DNA of 64,000 bases from a virus (IMGVR_UViG_3300017903_002946:16570-80569); one strand, 5' to 3'. Positions 38,850 to 48,589 are shown, numbered from the stretch's first letter. Translations and numbers: made by a program. The notes: generated by a model from the letters alone, not told the origin.

Positions 38850-39311
38850 CTATTTACCAATATTTCCAATAGGATACATTTTATTCATGCGTTTAATTTC
38901 CTCAGGTGTAAAATCTCCAAAAGTTGGATTATAGTTTCCATCGAAATCAGCAATACCATGAGTCATGCCGTGGTTATAGCCTTTATGGTAAGGCTGCAAG
39001 GATCTTTCATTGAACGGTAAATCTTTATCTTCAGGATAATATGGCATTTGCATATATCCACCATCACCTTGCCCAGGATAGTAAGGCATTTTTTTCACAC
39101 CAGATTTATCTCCGGGTCTTAAAAGAAAGTCAGTTAAACCCCCATCTAATCCTGACGTTTTCATTCCTGTAATTGCACCAAGCAATCCACCATCAGTAAG
39201 GTTTACTCCTGTAGCTGAACCAACTAATCCACCTTTCATAACCATATCAGTAAGGTCAATGCCAGTTAAAGCACCAACTAAACCTTTACCAAAGACATCT
39301 GCAAAACGCAT
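38850..39311 (-). CDS. Antisense-oriented Gly-rich late-type protein
   Basis: Repeats GL.GA.TG..LTD x3 and MPYYP x2; upstream TACAAT. Confidence 0.6.
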   Translation of the reverse strand: MRFADVFGKGLVGALTGIDLTDMVMKGGLVGSATGVNLTDGGLLGAITGMKTSGLDGGLTDFLLRPGDKSGVKKMPYYPGQGDGGYMQMPYYPEDKDLPFNERSLQPYHKGYNHGMTHGIADFDGNYNPTFGDFTPEEIKRMNKMYPIGNIGK

Positions 39312-39374
39312 AATACATAACCTCACATTTTAATATTGTACAACTTATAGTTGTTATGTCTTAGATATTTAGAT

Positions 39375-40112
39375 ATGACACTGCAAGTTTTACCACCTGA
39401 ATTACTCGAACAAAGTCAAGAAAAAATTGAAACTAAAGAACCTCAACCTTATTGGAAACCAAGCAGTCTTAAAGATGGAGAAAGCGAAGAATTTCGACTT
39501 CTGGGCTGTTATGAAACAGGTCATGCAATCATGGGTTGGCAGTACGCTTCCGAAGCAGCAGGTCCAGACGGTGAACTCAAATTCAATGGGTACATTGTTA
39601 CTCGCACTCACCCTGGTACTCCTAGCGATCTTGCTCGTGAAACTGACTGGTCCAAACCAGATCGACCAAAAATTGATGGCTCCTACGTCAAACCACGTAG
39701 GTTTTTAGCTTGGGTAGGTACATCAGCTACTCGTGGTCGTCTTGAAGTACTGTTTATTGAACAAAAATCTTTACGCGATCAACTTACTGAAATTCTGCAA
39801 GAAGTTGAAGATTACACATGGACTGAAGATGGCCTTGCTAATTTTTCGATTAAGATCTCTCGTAAGGGAGCTGGTTTGGAAACTTCATACAGCATCTTAC
39901 CGAAGGTGCGAAAAGTTCCACAGAAAATTGTTGATCAATGGGCATCTAACAAAGATTCAATCTGGCTTCCTAACTTCTTTGAAGGGAAAGATCCTTTTGA
40001 TGGAAAGCAAGTTGACCAAAAAGGTTTACCTGCTGGTGGAATAGACAAACGAGGCAGCACTGTGCTTACTACAAAAGCTGCTAAAAATAACGAACCTGAA
40101 ACTGAATTTTAA
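39375..40112 (+). CDS. gp32-like ssDNA-binding protein
   Basis: YWKPSSL...FRLLG...FIEQKSL...SIKISRKGAGLETSYSILP. Confidence 0.55.
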   Translation: MTLQVLPPELLEQSQEKIETKEPQPYWKPSSLKDGESEEFRLLGCYETGHAIMGWQYASEAAGPDGELKFNGYIVTRTHPGTPSDLARETDWSKPDRPKIDGSYVKPRRFLAWVGTSATRGRLEVLFIEQKSLRDQLTEILQEVEDYTWTEDGLANFSIKISRKGAGLETSYSILPKVRKVPQKIVDQWASNKDSIWLPNFFEGKDPFDGKQVDQKGLPAGGIDKRGSTVLTTKAAKNNEPETEF

Positions 40113-40414
40113 TGACTAACTCACTTCAAAATTTGCCTCCTGAAATGCAAGAGCGCATTAATCAACTTATTACAGGAGCTAAAACTGCTCAAGCACCTGC
40201 TCCTATTACACGACCGCCTTCGCTAATGGATCATACTATTGCACTTCGCCAGGAAGTTGCACAGTTGTCTAATCAAGTAGTAGCGATGGGTCAAGTAATG
40301 GAGGGTGTAGGTCAACTAGTTGGAGAGCTATACCAACTTTTTCAGACGCAAACCGCAACTACAGATTACAGCTCAACTTATCAAGAGAACCAGGAACTAG
40401 AGAGTGACTACTGA
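40112..40414 (+). CDS. Hypothetical coiled-coil protein
   Basis: 100 aa, translationally coupled. Confidence 0.6.
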   Translation: MTNSLQNLPPEMQERINQLITGAKTAQAPAPITRPPSLMDHTIALRQEVAQLSNQVVAMGQVMEGVGQLVGELYQLFQTQTATTDYSSTYQENQELESDY

Positions 40415-41174
40415 TAAACCTTATAGAATTCAAACTTCTGCCGGACATAGAAAATATCTATGCTCCGGCATTTATATGCCAAGTGTAACCACTGTATTAT
40501 CTGCCACTGAATCAGAAAAATCTAAAGCAGGTTTACGTACATGGCAAAAGAATAATCCGGGTGCGCTAGAGGAGGCATCTACTCGCGGCTCTGCTATTCA
40601 TCTTGGTTGTGAAAACTATATTCGTGGATTGGATCCCAATATTCCTGATGAATTTCAAGAATTTTGGAATGGTATTTCGACATACCTAGATTGGTTTGAT
40701 ACAATTCATTGGTCAGAGCGTCCTTTACGTCCTGATTGGAATCACCTTAGAAGTGATGACAAAGAAGTTGCTTACGTTTGGAGTACAGAACATCGATATG
40801 CTGGTTGTCCAGATTTAATCGGTGAAATTGGCGGTGTACGAGTTATTGCTGATTTTAAAACAAGCAATACTCCTTACTGCTCAACTTTTCCTGAACGTGG
40901 TGACCGTATGGGTTTTGGCGGTTATCGCAAATATACTAAGTGTGCTCAACAAATGGCTGCTTATCGGTATGCCTTAAATGAGCGGACAGGGTTTCTTTGT
41001 GATGTTGCCCTTATCATTGTTTCTACACCGGAAACAACACAAGGAATATTTATTGATGGAGATCAACTAGCTCTTCACGAATCGCGTTTTTTAAAACGTT
41101 GTCAACAATTTCATGAGATAGATAATGAAACTAAGGATTGCAGTCAACAAGAATTGCAAGAACAAACTAACTAA
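40404..41174 (+). CDS. PD-(D/E)xK exonuclease
   Basis: PSVTTVL, RGSAIH, AGCPDL, ADFKTS, QMAAY. Confidence 0.88.
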   Translation: MTTDKPYRIQTSAGHRKYLCSGIYMPSVTTVLSATESEKSKAGLRTWQKNNPGALEEASTRGSAIHLGCENYIRGLDPNIPDEFQEFWNGISTYLDWFDTIHWSERPLRPDWNHLRSDDKEVAYVWSTEHRYAGCPDLIGEIGGVRVIADFKTSNTPYCSTFPERGDRMGFGGYRKYTKCAQQMAAYRYALNERTGFLCDVALIIVSTPETTQGIFIDGDQLALHESRFLKRCQQFHEIDNETKDCSQQELQEQTN

Positions 41175-43347
41175 ACCTGCACATGATTGGCAAAATATTA
41201 ACGAAGATATTGAATGGTTACTTGGTTGGGTTCAGCAAGGTTATGGCTGGTGCGCAACTCATTTTCATAACAGGCATCGTAAATCTGATAATTCAGTAGG
41301 TTCAAATGTCATTGTTATTGATTTTGATGGAGATACTTCGCTTGCACGTTTTTGGTCAACTGACACTGCTCGACATTGGTGTGCTGCTACTTATACGTCT
41401 GCAAGCCACAGTGAACAAGAACATCGGTTTCGAGCTCTTTTTCCACTAGCTCGATTGCTTAATAGCTCTGCAGAACATCGTGGTGCCTACTGGCTTATTG
41501 TTAATCGATTACTTGCTGAGTTAGAGCTTGAAGGGCTCGCTGACAATTGCGGTCAAAAACCTGAACGGCTTTGGTTTGGAAATTCAAATACTGAAATTCA
41601 ATCAAATAAAGAATGTGAACCTGTACCTGAGTTCTTGCTAGAAGATATTGCTTATGAAGAAGCCTCAAACTTTAATAGTTCAGACATTACTGATATAGAT
41701 ATTAAACGCTGTCAGTGGCTTCTAGAATCCTTTTTACGCCCTTCTGAAGATGGTGAGTATGAAACCTATTATGTGCCTGTCATGGCTGCTTGTGCAGGCA
41801 TTGGTGAACCTATGTTCGATTCATGGGTTACATGGGTATTAAATGGCCATCACGGAGAAAAGCAAGAAAATATTCAACCATTTAAGTGGCGAGGTCTCGG
41901 TAATTATTCAGGTCATACTACACTTTATTCGCTTGCTAAAAAGCAAGATCCAGATTGGGCTAAAAAACTTCCTGTTAATCTAAGATTTGGTGCTCTTGGA
42001 GCTGCCGGAGGTTATACCGAGTTTGATCCTATTCATAACTTTGATAAGTACATAAATACAATGGAATTAAGCGCACAACAAAATGACATTGACATCGAAC
42101 CAATTCCTGATTCACAGCAAGTAAAACGTAGAGGGCGTCCAAAAAAATCATCTGATGATCTTGCAAAAGAACGTGAAAGCGATGTTACTAAGGTAAAAGA
42201 TATTCTTCACGATTTACGTAAAAATGAACTAACAAGTGCAATTGAGTACACTGACAACCAAGGTCAAACTATTGCTTTGCAAGGTAACGACCTTGATCTA
42301 ATGACTGTTAAAGTTGCATGTGAAAATGGTATTTTTATTCCAGAAGCACGTATTAAAAGCGCGATTCAATATGCAGCATCTAAAAATTTATACTGCCCAA
42401 TCAAAAAGTATCTAGAGAAGTGTGCTGCAACTTGTGCACCACATACTGATTGGAATCGTGTAGGAAAAATATTTCTTGGCAACAGTTATGCAATTGCTAC
42501 AACTGCAATGCAACGCATGATGATTGGTGCTGTAGCACGTGCATTTAATCCTGGATGTTCTATGTCTTGGCTTCCGATTTTAGTAGGTCCTCAAGGAGCT
42601 GGTAAATCTATGTTTGCTCGGTGCCTTGTACCCCAAAACCTTTTTTCAGAAATTACTACACCACTAGAAACTCTGATGAAAGAGCAATATCGATTGCATG
42701 TTGCATGGCTTTTAGAGCTTCCTGAAATTGATAACTATTTTAATTCACGTAACATTGAAAACTTTAAAAATCTTGTTACTACAAGAGTAGATGAAGTTAG
42801 ATTTCCTTATGCATCTTTACCAAGCAAATTGGCTCGTAGGTTTGTTCTGATTGGAACGACTAATAGAAATCAATTTTTGGTTGATAGTACTGGCAATAGA
42901 CGCTTTGTACCACTTGAAATTGGTCCTAACTTTCAAATCCCTTGGAAGGAGCTTAATATTCAACGAGATTATCTTTGGTCAGCAGCTGTTCACGCATATA
43001 GAAATGGAGAAGGTTACGAATTTAATAGTGGCGAAATTGCTGCTATTGCTGATTACATCCAAGAGTTTGGTGATCCAGATCCTTGGCTTGACAAAGTTGC
43101 ATCTTATGTAGCTATTCGTGATGAAGTAAGTGCTGCGGAAGTTTTAACTAACGCACTAGAGCTTGATCCTCGCAGTCAAGGCAGAAGAGAAGGACGAAGA
43201 GTTGCAGATATTCTCCAGTCAATGGGATGGAGACGTCTTGTCACTTCACGAAAAGATCCACTTACAAACAAATCAAAATCTGTTCGTATTTGGCAGCGTC
43301 CTAGCAATGATCCTCTTATTGAAGATCACATATTGAACGACTTTTAA
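41125..43347 (+). CDS. AEP-type primase fused to VirE/VapE-family helicase-ATPase
   Basis: N-terminal VIDFDG and YTSASH...RFRALF; C-terminal GPQGAGKS, LELPEID, GTTN...TGNRRF. Confidence 0.88.
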   Translation: MKLRIAVNKNCKNKLTKPAHDWQNINEDIEWLLGWVQQGYGWCATHFHNRHRKSDNSVGSNVIVIDFDGDTSLARFWSTDTARHWCAATYTSASHSEQEHRFRALFPLARLLNSSAEHRGAYWLIVNRLLAELELEGLADNCGQKPERLWFGNSNTEIQSNKECEPVPEFLLEDIAYEEASNFNSSDITDIDIKRCQWLLESFLRPSEDGEYETYYVPVMAACAGIGEPMFDSWVTWVLNGHHGEKQENIQPFKWRGLGNYSGHTTLYSLAKKQDPDWAKKLPVNLRFGALGAAGGYTEFDPIHNFDKYINTMELSAQQNDIDIEPIPDSQQVKRRGRPKKSSDDLAKERESDVTKVKDILHDLRKNELTSAIEYTDNQGQTIALQGNDLDLMTVKVACENGIFIPEARIKSAIQYAASKNLYCPIKKYLEKCAATCAPHTDWNRVGKIFLGNSYAIATTAMQRMMIGAVARAFNPGCSMSWLPILVGPQGAGKSMFARCLVPQNLFSEITTPLETLMKEQYRLHVAWLLELPEIDNYFNSRNIENFKNLVTTRVDEVRFPYASLPSKLARRFVLIGTTNRNQFLVDSTGNRRFVPLEIGPNFQIPWKELNIQRDYLWSAAVHAYRNGEGYEFNSGEIAAIADYIQEFGDPDPWLDKVASYVAIRDEVSAAEVLTNALELDPRSQGRREGRRVADILQSMGWRRLVTSRKDPLTNKSKSVRIWQRPSNDPLIEDHILNDF

Positions 43348-43386
43348 TTACACTAAAGTTACTAAAACATATATTATTCAGATACA

Positions 43387-43623
43387 ATGAAAGCCAAAGA
43401 TATTAAAATCGGACAACGTGTTGTTACTTCTCCAGGAGAACGTATTGCACTTGTAGTTGGTAAACCTGAATTTTATACTCCACGTGCCCAACTCGTAAGA
43501 ATTAAGTACGAAAATAGCACTCGTTACGAGTATAAAATGAATCATCAGCTAGAGCTTCTTCCTATTGAACAACAATATGAAGTACATGGTGGTCATCATA
43601 TTAAACCTGATAGTGATTTTTGA
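43387..43623 (+). CDS. Small beta-rich (SH3/KOW-like) protein
   Basis: 78 aa; DIKIGQRVV...LVRIKY. Confidence 0.55.
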   Translation: MKAKDIKIGQRVVTSPGERIALVVGKPEFYTPRAQLVRIKYENSTRYEYKMNHQLELLPIEQQYEVHGGHHIKPDSDF

Positions 43624-44417
43624 TGTCTGAATCAACTCCTAATCGTAAAGTTGGTGGTCATGCTTACGGTAGACGCAACTTAAACCTTTCAAATACTGCA
43701 GAAGAAGGAACATTATGTATTTACAGCGGCCATTCTATTGGCCGTTTTAGTGCTACTTCAATGCGTTTTGATAGTCATCAAGCGTGTGTTCGATGTGTGG
43801 CTGCAGCAAGAGAAGGTAGAATGTCTTTTGACATTAATCGACTGCTTAAGAAAGAACGCAAACGTGCTCTTAAGTTTTGGTCTAAAGTTGATATTGATCA
43901 ACCTGACGAATGCTGGGAGTGGCAGGGTTATAAAGCTCCTGGCAATGGAATGCCGCAGTTTCCTTGGAGACGGCCTGGAATTAGCAGTAGCACTCAACAT
44001 CATCCTCAGCGCGTAGCTATGTGGTATACGTGGGGAGATCTTGGTTATACCGGTGTAAAAACTACTTGCGGTAATAAATATTGCTGCAATCCATTTCATT
44101 TAATTCCTCAAAAAATTGGTGTTTTTGTTGATCAAGATTCTTATCTTGAAAGCTTTGAACTTGCCTGTGAACTGCATACACTTAAGCAGCAAGTAGCTGA
44201 ATATGCTGTTGAACAAGCTTTAAAAGAGCAAGAAATGATTACTAATGCTCAAGAACTTGACGACCGTGCAAATCTAACGTTTGCTCCAAATTCTGAATTT
44301 GCTGACCGTTGGGAAGCAGTTGTAGAAGATATTATTAATGGTAGACACTCTAGTCAATTCAATTCGTCTCAACTAAATAGTGAGGATGAAGAAAATAATA
44401 CCACAAATAATGAATAA
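43623..44417 (+). CDS. HNH-derived protein with apparent loss of the catalytic His
   Basis: FWSKVD...CWEWQG...QRVAMW...VKTTCGNKYCCNPFHL; canonical V.H.CDN has T in place of H. Confidence 0.65.
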   Translation: MSESTPNRKVGGHAYGRRNLNLSNTAEEGTLCIYSGHSIGRFSATSMRFDSHQACVRCVAAAREGRMSFDINRLLKKERKRALKFWSKVDIDQPDECWEWQGYKAPGNGMPQFPWRRPGISSSTQHHPQRVAMWYTWGDLGYTGVKTTCGNKYCCNPFHLIPQKIGVFVDQDSYLESFELACELHTLKQQVAEYAVEQALKEQEMITNAQELDDRANLTFAPNSEFADRWEAVVEDIINGRHSSQFNSSQLNSEDEENNTTNNE

Positions 44418-44449
44418 TTAATTTATCCTAAATAGAGAGTCATTCTATT

Positions 44450-44869
44450 ATGTCTAGACGCAACGATCTGATTCAGCAATTAATTGCTTCAGAAAAATTT
44501 GGTCCTGAAAAAGAACAAGAGCAGAAGTTTCTCATGGCTACTGCAGAATTGATCCTTTCAGATCTTATTAATATTGCTCTTAACGGCGTAGAAAAGCATG
44601 GTCCAGGTTCACTTGTGATTAACTTATTGAATGATTCAACTACTTTCATGTGGGCAGAATCAATTGAAATTGATCTTCAAATTTCTGAACGTGAAAACGA
44701 TACAGATGTGAACGAGTTTTTACGAAAACTTTTACAGGAGATTAATGAAAATGATTGGTCGCAAAACGTGCTTATTACATTAATTAGTGATGCTGGAACA
44801 AGAACATTTGCAGTCGAAGCAGGTCGGAGCCAAGAAAGCTTTAGAGCGCTCGCAGAAGAATTTATCTGA
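44450..44869 (+). CDS. Hypothetical protein
   Basis: 139 aa ORF. Confidence 0.65.
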   Translation: MSRRNDLIQQLIASEKFGPEKEQEQKFLMATAELILSDLINIALNGVEKHGPGSLVINLLNDSTTFMWAESIEIDLQISERENDTDVNEFLRKLLQEINENDWSQNVLITLISDAGTRTFAVEAGRSQESFRALAEEFI

Positions 44870-45458
44870 TAAACTTGCTTCTAAAGGTTTAAAGCTTCCT
44901 CTCTATCCAACGCCTCAACTCATTGATAGAGCAAGGCAAGTCATGGGTAGCATTGACTTTGACCCAACATCTGATCCTGTGCAGCAAGTACTTGTTGAAG
45001 CTACTTCAGTTCCTACTATTGATGTTAATCCACTTCAAGAACATTGGCATGGTAACGTTTGGATTGCACCTAAAGGTGCTGTAAAAAACTGCCGTATTTG
45101 GCTAAACAAAACTATTAATGAATATCGCAATGGTCATATTAATAGTTTTATTTTTTTTAGTAGTGCTTCTGAATTACTACGTGCTGCACCAATTGTGTGG
45201 GATTATCCCATTTGTATTCCTTTCAAAAGAGTTAAACAACTCCGAGCAACGTCAACAGGATTTGAATCTGTATGTCCATCTACATGGAATTTAATTGTCT
45301 ATGGTCCTCCTATTCATCAAGCATTAACTGATATTGATAAAGTTTCTTTGTTTTATAACAACTTTAGAGATATTGGTCGTGTTATTTATAGCGAATATGC
45401 AGGTGATGGGTGGCAAAAGGATCTTGAGTATTACGAAGAAAATAAAGGTAATATCTAA
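44787..45458 (+). CDS. DNA N6-adenine methyltransferase-like protein with degenerate motif IV
   Basis: LYPTPQ...GSIDFDPTS...WHGNVWIAPKG; NPPY is replaced by APKG. Confidence 0.65.
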   Translation: MMLEQEHLQSKQVGAKKALERSQKNLSDKLASKGLKLPLYPTPQLIDRARQVMGSIDFDPTSDPVQQVLVEATSVPTIDVNPLQEHWHGNVWIAPKGAVKNCRIWLNKTINEYRNGHINSFIFFSSASELLRAAPIVWDYPICIPFKRVKQLRATSTGFESVCPSTWNLIVYGPPIHQALTDIDKVSLFYNNFRDIGRVIYSEYAGDGWQKDLEYYEENKGNI

Positions 45459-45871
45459 TGAGTAAACATATTGCTCAAGATTATTTTTATGTGCTTCCTT
45501 CCGAGAGCAAAGTCCATCCTTGCCGTCTCATTACAAAAGATGGAACTTTAATGTGGAAGCACGCTTTGCTTTATCAAAACTCTCAATTATTTTTACCCAT
45601 TTCTGAGGCTCACGAACAACACATAATAAAAACTGCTCAGCGCTTAGAAGAGCTGAACAGTTGGGTGTCACAAGGACTTGAGCCTTGGGAATGTTTTTCA
45701 ATTAAAGCGTGGTATCAACCTAACGAATCTGAGTTATCTGAAGGTATCTCTGCTTACTTCACTCATACAACTCATGACCTTACTTTTACTTATACAAACT
45801 TATTGCCACACATCCAAGATCATGAGAATTTTGAACTACGTGACAAATATCTATTCTTTCGTCGCTGTTGA
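45458..45871 (+). CDS. Possible peptidase M15-derived protein lacking Zn ligands
   Basis: TAQRLEEL...SIKAWYQP...SELSEGISAY against M15 LA..LE.vR...ITSwYR...SxH..GxAxD. Confidence 0.4.
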   Translation: MSKHIAQDYFYVLPSESKVHPCRLITKDGTLMWKHALLYQNSQLFLPISEAHEQHIIKTAQRLEELNSWVSQGLEPWECFSIKAWYQPNESELSEGISAYFTHTTHDLTFTYTNLLPHIQDHENFELRDKYLFFRRC

Positions 45872-45898
45872 CAACAAGGCCGCATATCTGCGGCTTTA

Positions 45899-46186
45899 TT
45901 AGTCTAGCGAATTAATTAATCTAGTAAGATACCATTGCGCTTTTTCAGCATCTTCTTTACTTTTCTTTTTATGCCAAAGTCTAATCATATATTTTAAAAC
46001 TTGGCCTTGAAGAAAACCTAGCATTGGAGATGGCGCACTATTGATTGAATCTTCAATTACATCTATAGCTTCTACACGTCCTTGTGTGTAATGTTTAGGA
46101 TTGTGCACCATACTATAATTAACGTCATTACTTTCAAACAACTTTTTATTTTCTGAATTCATTATTCTCACATCTAAATCAGTCAC
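45899..46186 (-). CDS. DUF3310 (T7 gp1.7-like) protein
   Basis: VHNPKHY...EAIDVI...GQVLKY..R...K...ED.EKA.WYL. Confidence 0.85.
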   Translation of the reverse strand: MTDLDVRIMNSENKKLFESNDVNYSMVHNPKHYTQGRVEAIDVIEDSINSAPSPMLGFLQGQVLKYMIRLWHKKKSKEDAEKAQWYLTRLINSLD

Positions 46187-46216
46187 TTCCTAATATAGAG
46201 TCAATGAATTACTGAT

Positions 46217-46768
46217 GTGGATATGCCCAGCCCTAAAGGTGACCCAACTTTTATTAAAAATAAAGAGAAATATTTTATAAATGTTGCACAAACTATTGCA
46301 CAAGCCTCAACACATCCAAAATCTCCTGGAGGATGTATTATTGTGCGTGATCGAGAAATTATTGGAAATGGCAGAAGTTTATTAACTGACAGTAAAGTTG
46401 AAGTTGATTGCATTTCATATGCAGTAGCTGCTGCTGCTAAAGCTGGTACTCCAGCTATTGGCGCAGTTATATACAGCACTAGATATCCATTTTCTATATC
46501 TATTTTTCAAGCACATATGATGGGTATTCGTAAAATTGTGATACTTGCTCATGAGTGGGAGCCGTATTATCGAGAAGAATTTAGACGTGCCGGTCGTTTA
46601 GCAAGAGAATTACAAGTAGCAATTGAACCTATATTTCTAGATGAAGACCCAAGATTTACACAAAATACAAATGACAGAAACATTGATCCAGTTCTCTTCC
46701 CAGAAGCGAACCCGTTCACGCCAGATGAATATGATCCAGATAATGCAAAAGACACCTTCGATGAATGA
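46217..46768 (+). CDS. dCMP-deaminase-fold protein lacking HAE and PCxxC
   Basis: YFINVAQ..A..S...GCIIV.D..IIGNG; VDC and YPFSIS occupy the Zn-site positions. Confidence 0.65.
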   Translation: MDMPSPKGDPTFIKNKEKYFINVAQTIAQASTHPKSPGGCIIVRDREIIGNGRSLLTDSKVEVDCISYAVAAAAKAGTPAIGAVIYSTRYPFSISIFQAHMMGIRKIVILAHEWEPYYREEFRRAGRLARELQVAIEPIFLDEDPRFTQNTNDRNIDPVLFPEANPFTPDEYDPDNAKDTFDE

Positions 46769-47285
46769 ACAAATTATTTTTGACCTTGAATCCACTGGTT
46801 TATTACGACAAGGATCCCGTATTCACTGCATTGTTATGCGAAACGGTAACGATGGCGGCACTTCTGTGTTTGACCATCGTCCTGAGCAATCAATCATACA
46901 AGGAGTAAAAGAACTAGAACAGGCGGATGTATTGATTGGCCATAACATTATTGGCTATGACATCCCATTGATCAAAGAGCAGTTTCCTGAATTCAAGCCT
47001 CAAGGCCAGGCCATTGATACTCTTGTTCTGAGCCGTCTTTTTTATCCACATATTGCAGATAGAGACTACGAACGTCGTCCACACGGAATGCCACAAAGGC
47101 TGTACGGACGACATAGCCTTGAGGCCTGGGGTTATCGCCTTAAGTGCTTTAAAGGTGACTTTGGCAAGCACGAAGGCAACTGGTCTGTTTATACACCTGA
47201 GATGCTTGACTACTGCATCCAAGACACCGAAGTAACGCTCAAACTTTGGGCACTAATGAAACGTCGTATGGAAGATTACTCATGA
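46761..47285 (+). CDS. 3'-5' exonuclease half of a split family A DNA polymerase
   Basis: ExoI FDLES, ExoII GHNIIGYD, ExoIII YCIQD. Confidence 0.9.
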   Translation: MNEQIIFDLESTGLLRQGSRIHCIVMRNGNDGGTSVFDHRPEQSIIQGVKELEQADVLIGHNIIGYDIPLIKEQFPEFKPQGQAIDTLVLSRLFYPHIADRDYERRPHGMPQRLYGRHSLEAWGYRLKCFKGDFGKHEGNWSVYTPEMLDYCIQDTEVTLKLWALMKRRMEDYS

Positions 47286-48589
47286 CTATGAATGATTGTG
47301 TCTTGCTTGAAATGCAGATGGCAGAAATCATGTCACAACAAGAAGCCAGTGGCTTCCGTTTTGATGTAGCTGCTGCAGAGAGAGTGCGTGGTGAACTCCA
47401 AGAAGAAGTTACCCAACTTGAGCAATCAATTCAATCACGTTATATTTATGTACCAGGAAAAGTTTATACACCTAAACGGGCAAACAAGACTAAGGGATAT
47501 GTAGCCGGTGCTCCTTTGACGAAGCTGTTGGACTTCAACCCAACATCACGTCAACATATTGCCTGGGCATTGCAGAACTTCCGTGGAGCTCGCTTCACCA
47601 AAGTCACAGACACCGGTAAGCCCAAGGTTGATGAAGCAACCCTTTCTGAGATGCGTGACCTCGCTTTGTCTCAAGGCAACAAGCTCCTGCATGAGGAGTG
47701 TGAAATGTTCATCCGTCTGTTGACCTTACAGAAATGGTTGGGCCAGCTGTCTGAGGGGACAAATTCCTGGTTTAACACAATTGAAGATGACGGGTGTATT
47801 CACCACAGCTGCACTCTTGCGACCCAAACCGGGCGTAATGCGCACCGTGGTCCCAACCTTGGACAAGTGGTGTCCGCACCTTGGGCACGTCAGTTGTTTG
47901 TTCCACATCCTGGTCATGTCATGGTCGGGGCTGACTTGGAAGGCTTAGAGCTCAGATGCCTAGGACATTATCTATCTGTTTATGATGAAGGCTCATTTGC
48001 TGACGTTGTACTGAATGGTGATATTCACCAGCAGAATGCTGACCGTGTTGGTTGCAGTCGTAAAGAAGTAAAAACTATTACCTATGCATTCATCTATGGG
48101 GCGGGCGACCAGAAGCTCGGTCATAGCTTGCATCCTGAGCTTAGCGATGCTCAAAAAAAGCAACTAGGCAGCGAACTACGCCGTAAATTTCTTGATGCAA
48201 TTCCTGGATTGGAGCCACTTATTGATGCAGTTAAACATAAGGTTCGTGGAAGCGGTCGTCTTAGGGGGCTTGATGGGCGTCCTATATTCTGCCGTGCTGA
48301 GCACGCCGCCCTCAACTACTTACTTCAATCAGCAGGAGCCGTTTTATCAAAGCGATGGGTGGTAATTTCTCAGCAAATGCTTGATAGCGCAGGTCTTACC
48401 TACAACATTGACTACACCCGTTGTGCATACGTGCACGATGAACAGCAGCTCTCGGTTGTACCCCAAGAAGTTGATAGGATCAAAATGTTGCTAGAAAATT
48501 CGGCACCTGAAGCAGGACGTTACTATAACTTTCGTGTTCCAATCACTGCTTCTGCAGATCATGGAGAAAATTGGGCAAATACTCATTAA
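47282..48589 (+). CDS. polA: Family A DNA polymerase, polymerase half (T7 gp5-like)
   Basis: Motif A ADLEGLELR, motif B RKEVKTITYAFIYG (Tyr at the E. coli 762 position), motif C YVHDE. Confidence 0.93.
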   Translation: MTMNDCVLLEMQMAEIMSQQEASGFRFDVAAAERVRGELQEEVTQLEQSIQSRYIYVPGKVYTPKRANKTKGYVAGAPLTKLLDFNPTSRQHIAWALQNFRGARFTKVTDTGKPKVDEATLSEMRDLALSQGNKLLHEECEMFIRLLTLQKWLGQLSEGTNSWFNTIEDDGCIHHSCTLATQTGRNAHRGPNLGQVVSAPWARQLFVPHPGHVMVGADLEGLELRCLGHYLSVYDEGSFADVVLNGDIHQQNADRVGCSRKEVKTITYAFIYGAGDQKLGHSLHPELSDAQKKQLGSELRRKFLDAIPGLEPLIDAVKHKVRGSGRLRGLDGRPIFCRAEHAALNYLLQSAGAVLSKRWVVISQQMLDSAGLTYNIDYTRCAYVHDEQQLSVVPQEVDRIKMLLENSAPEAGRYYNFRVPITASADHGENWANTH

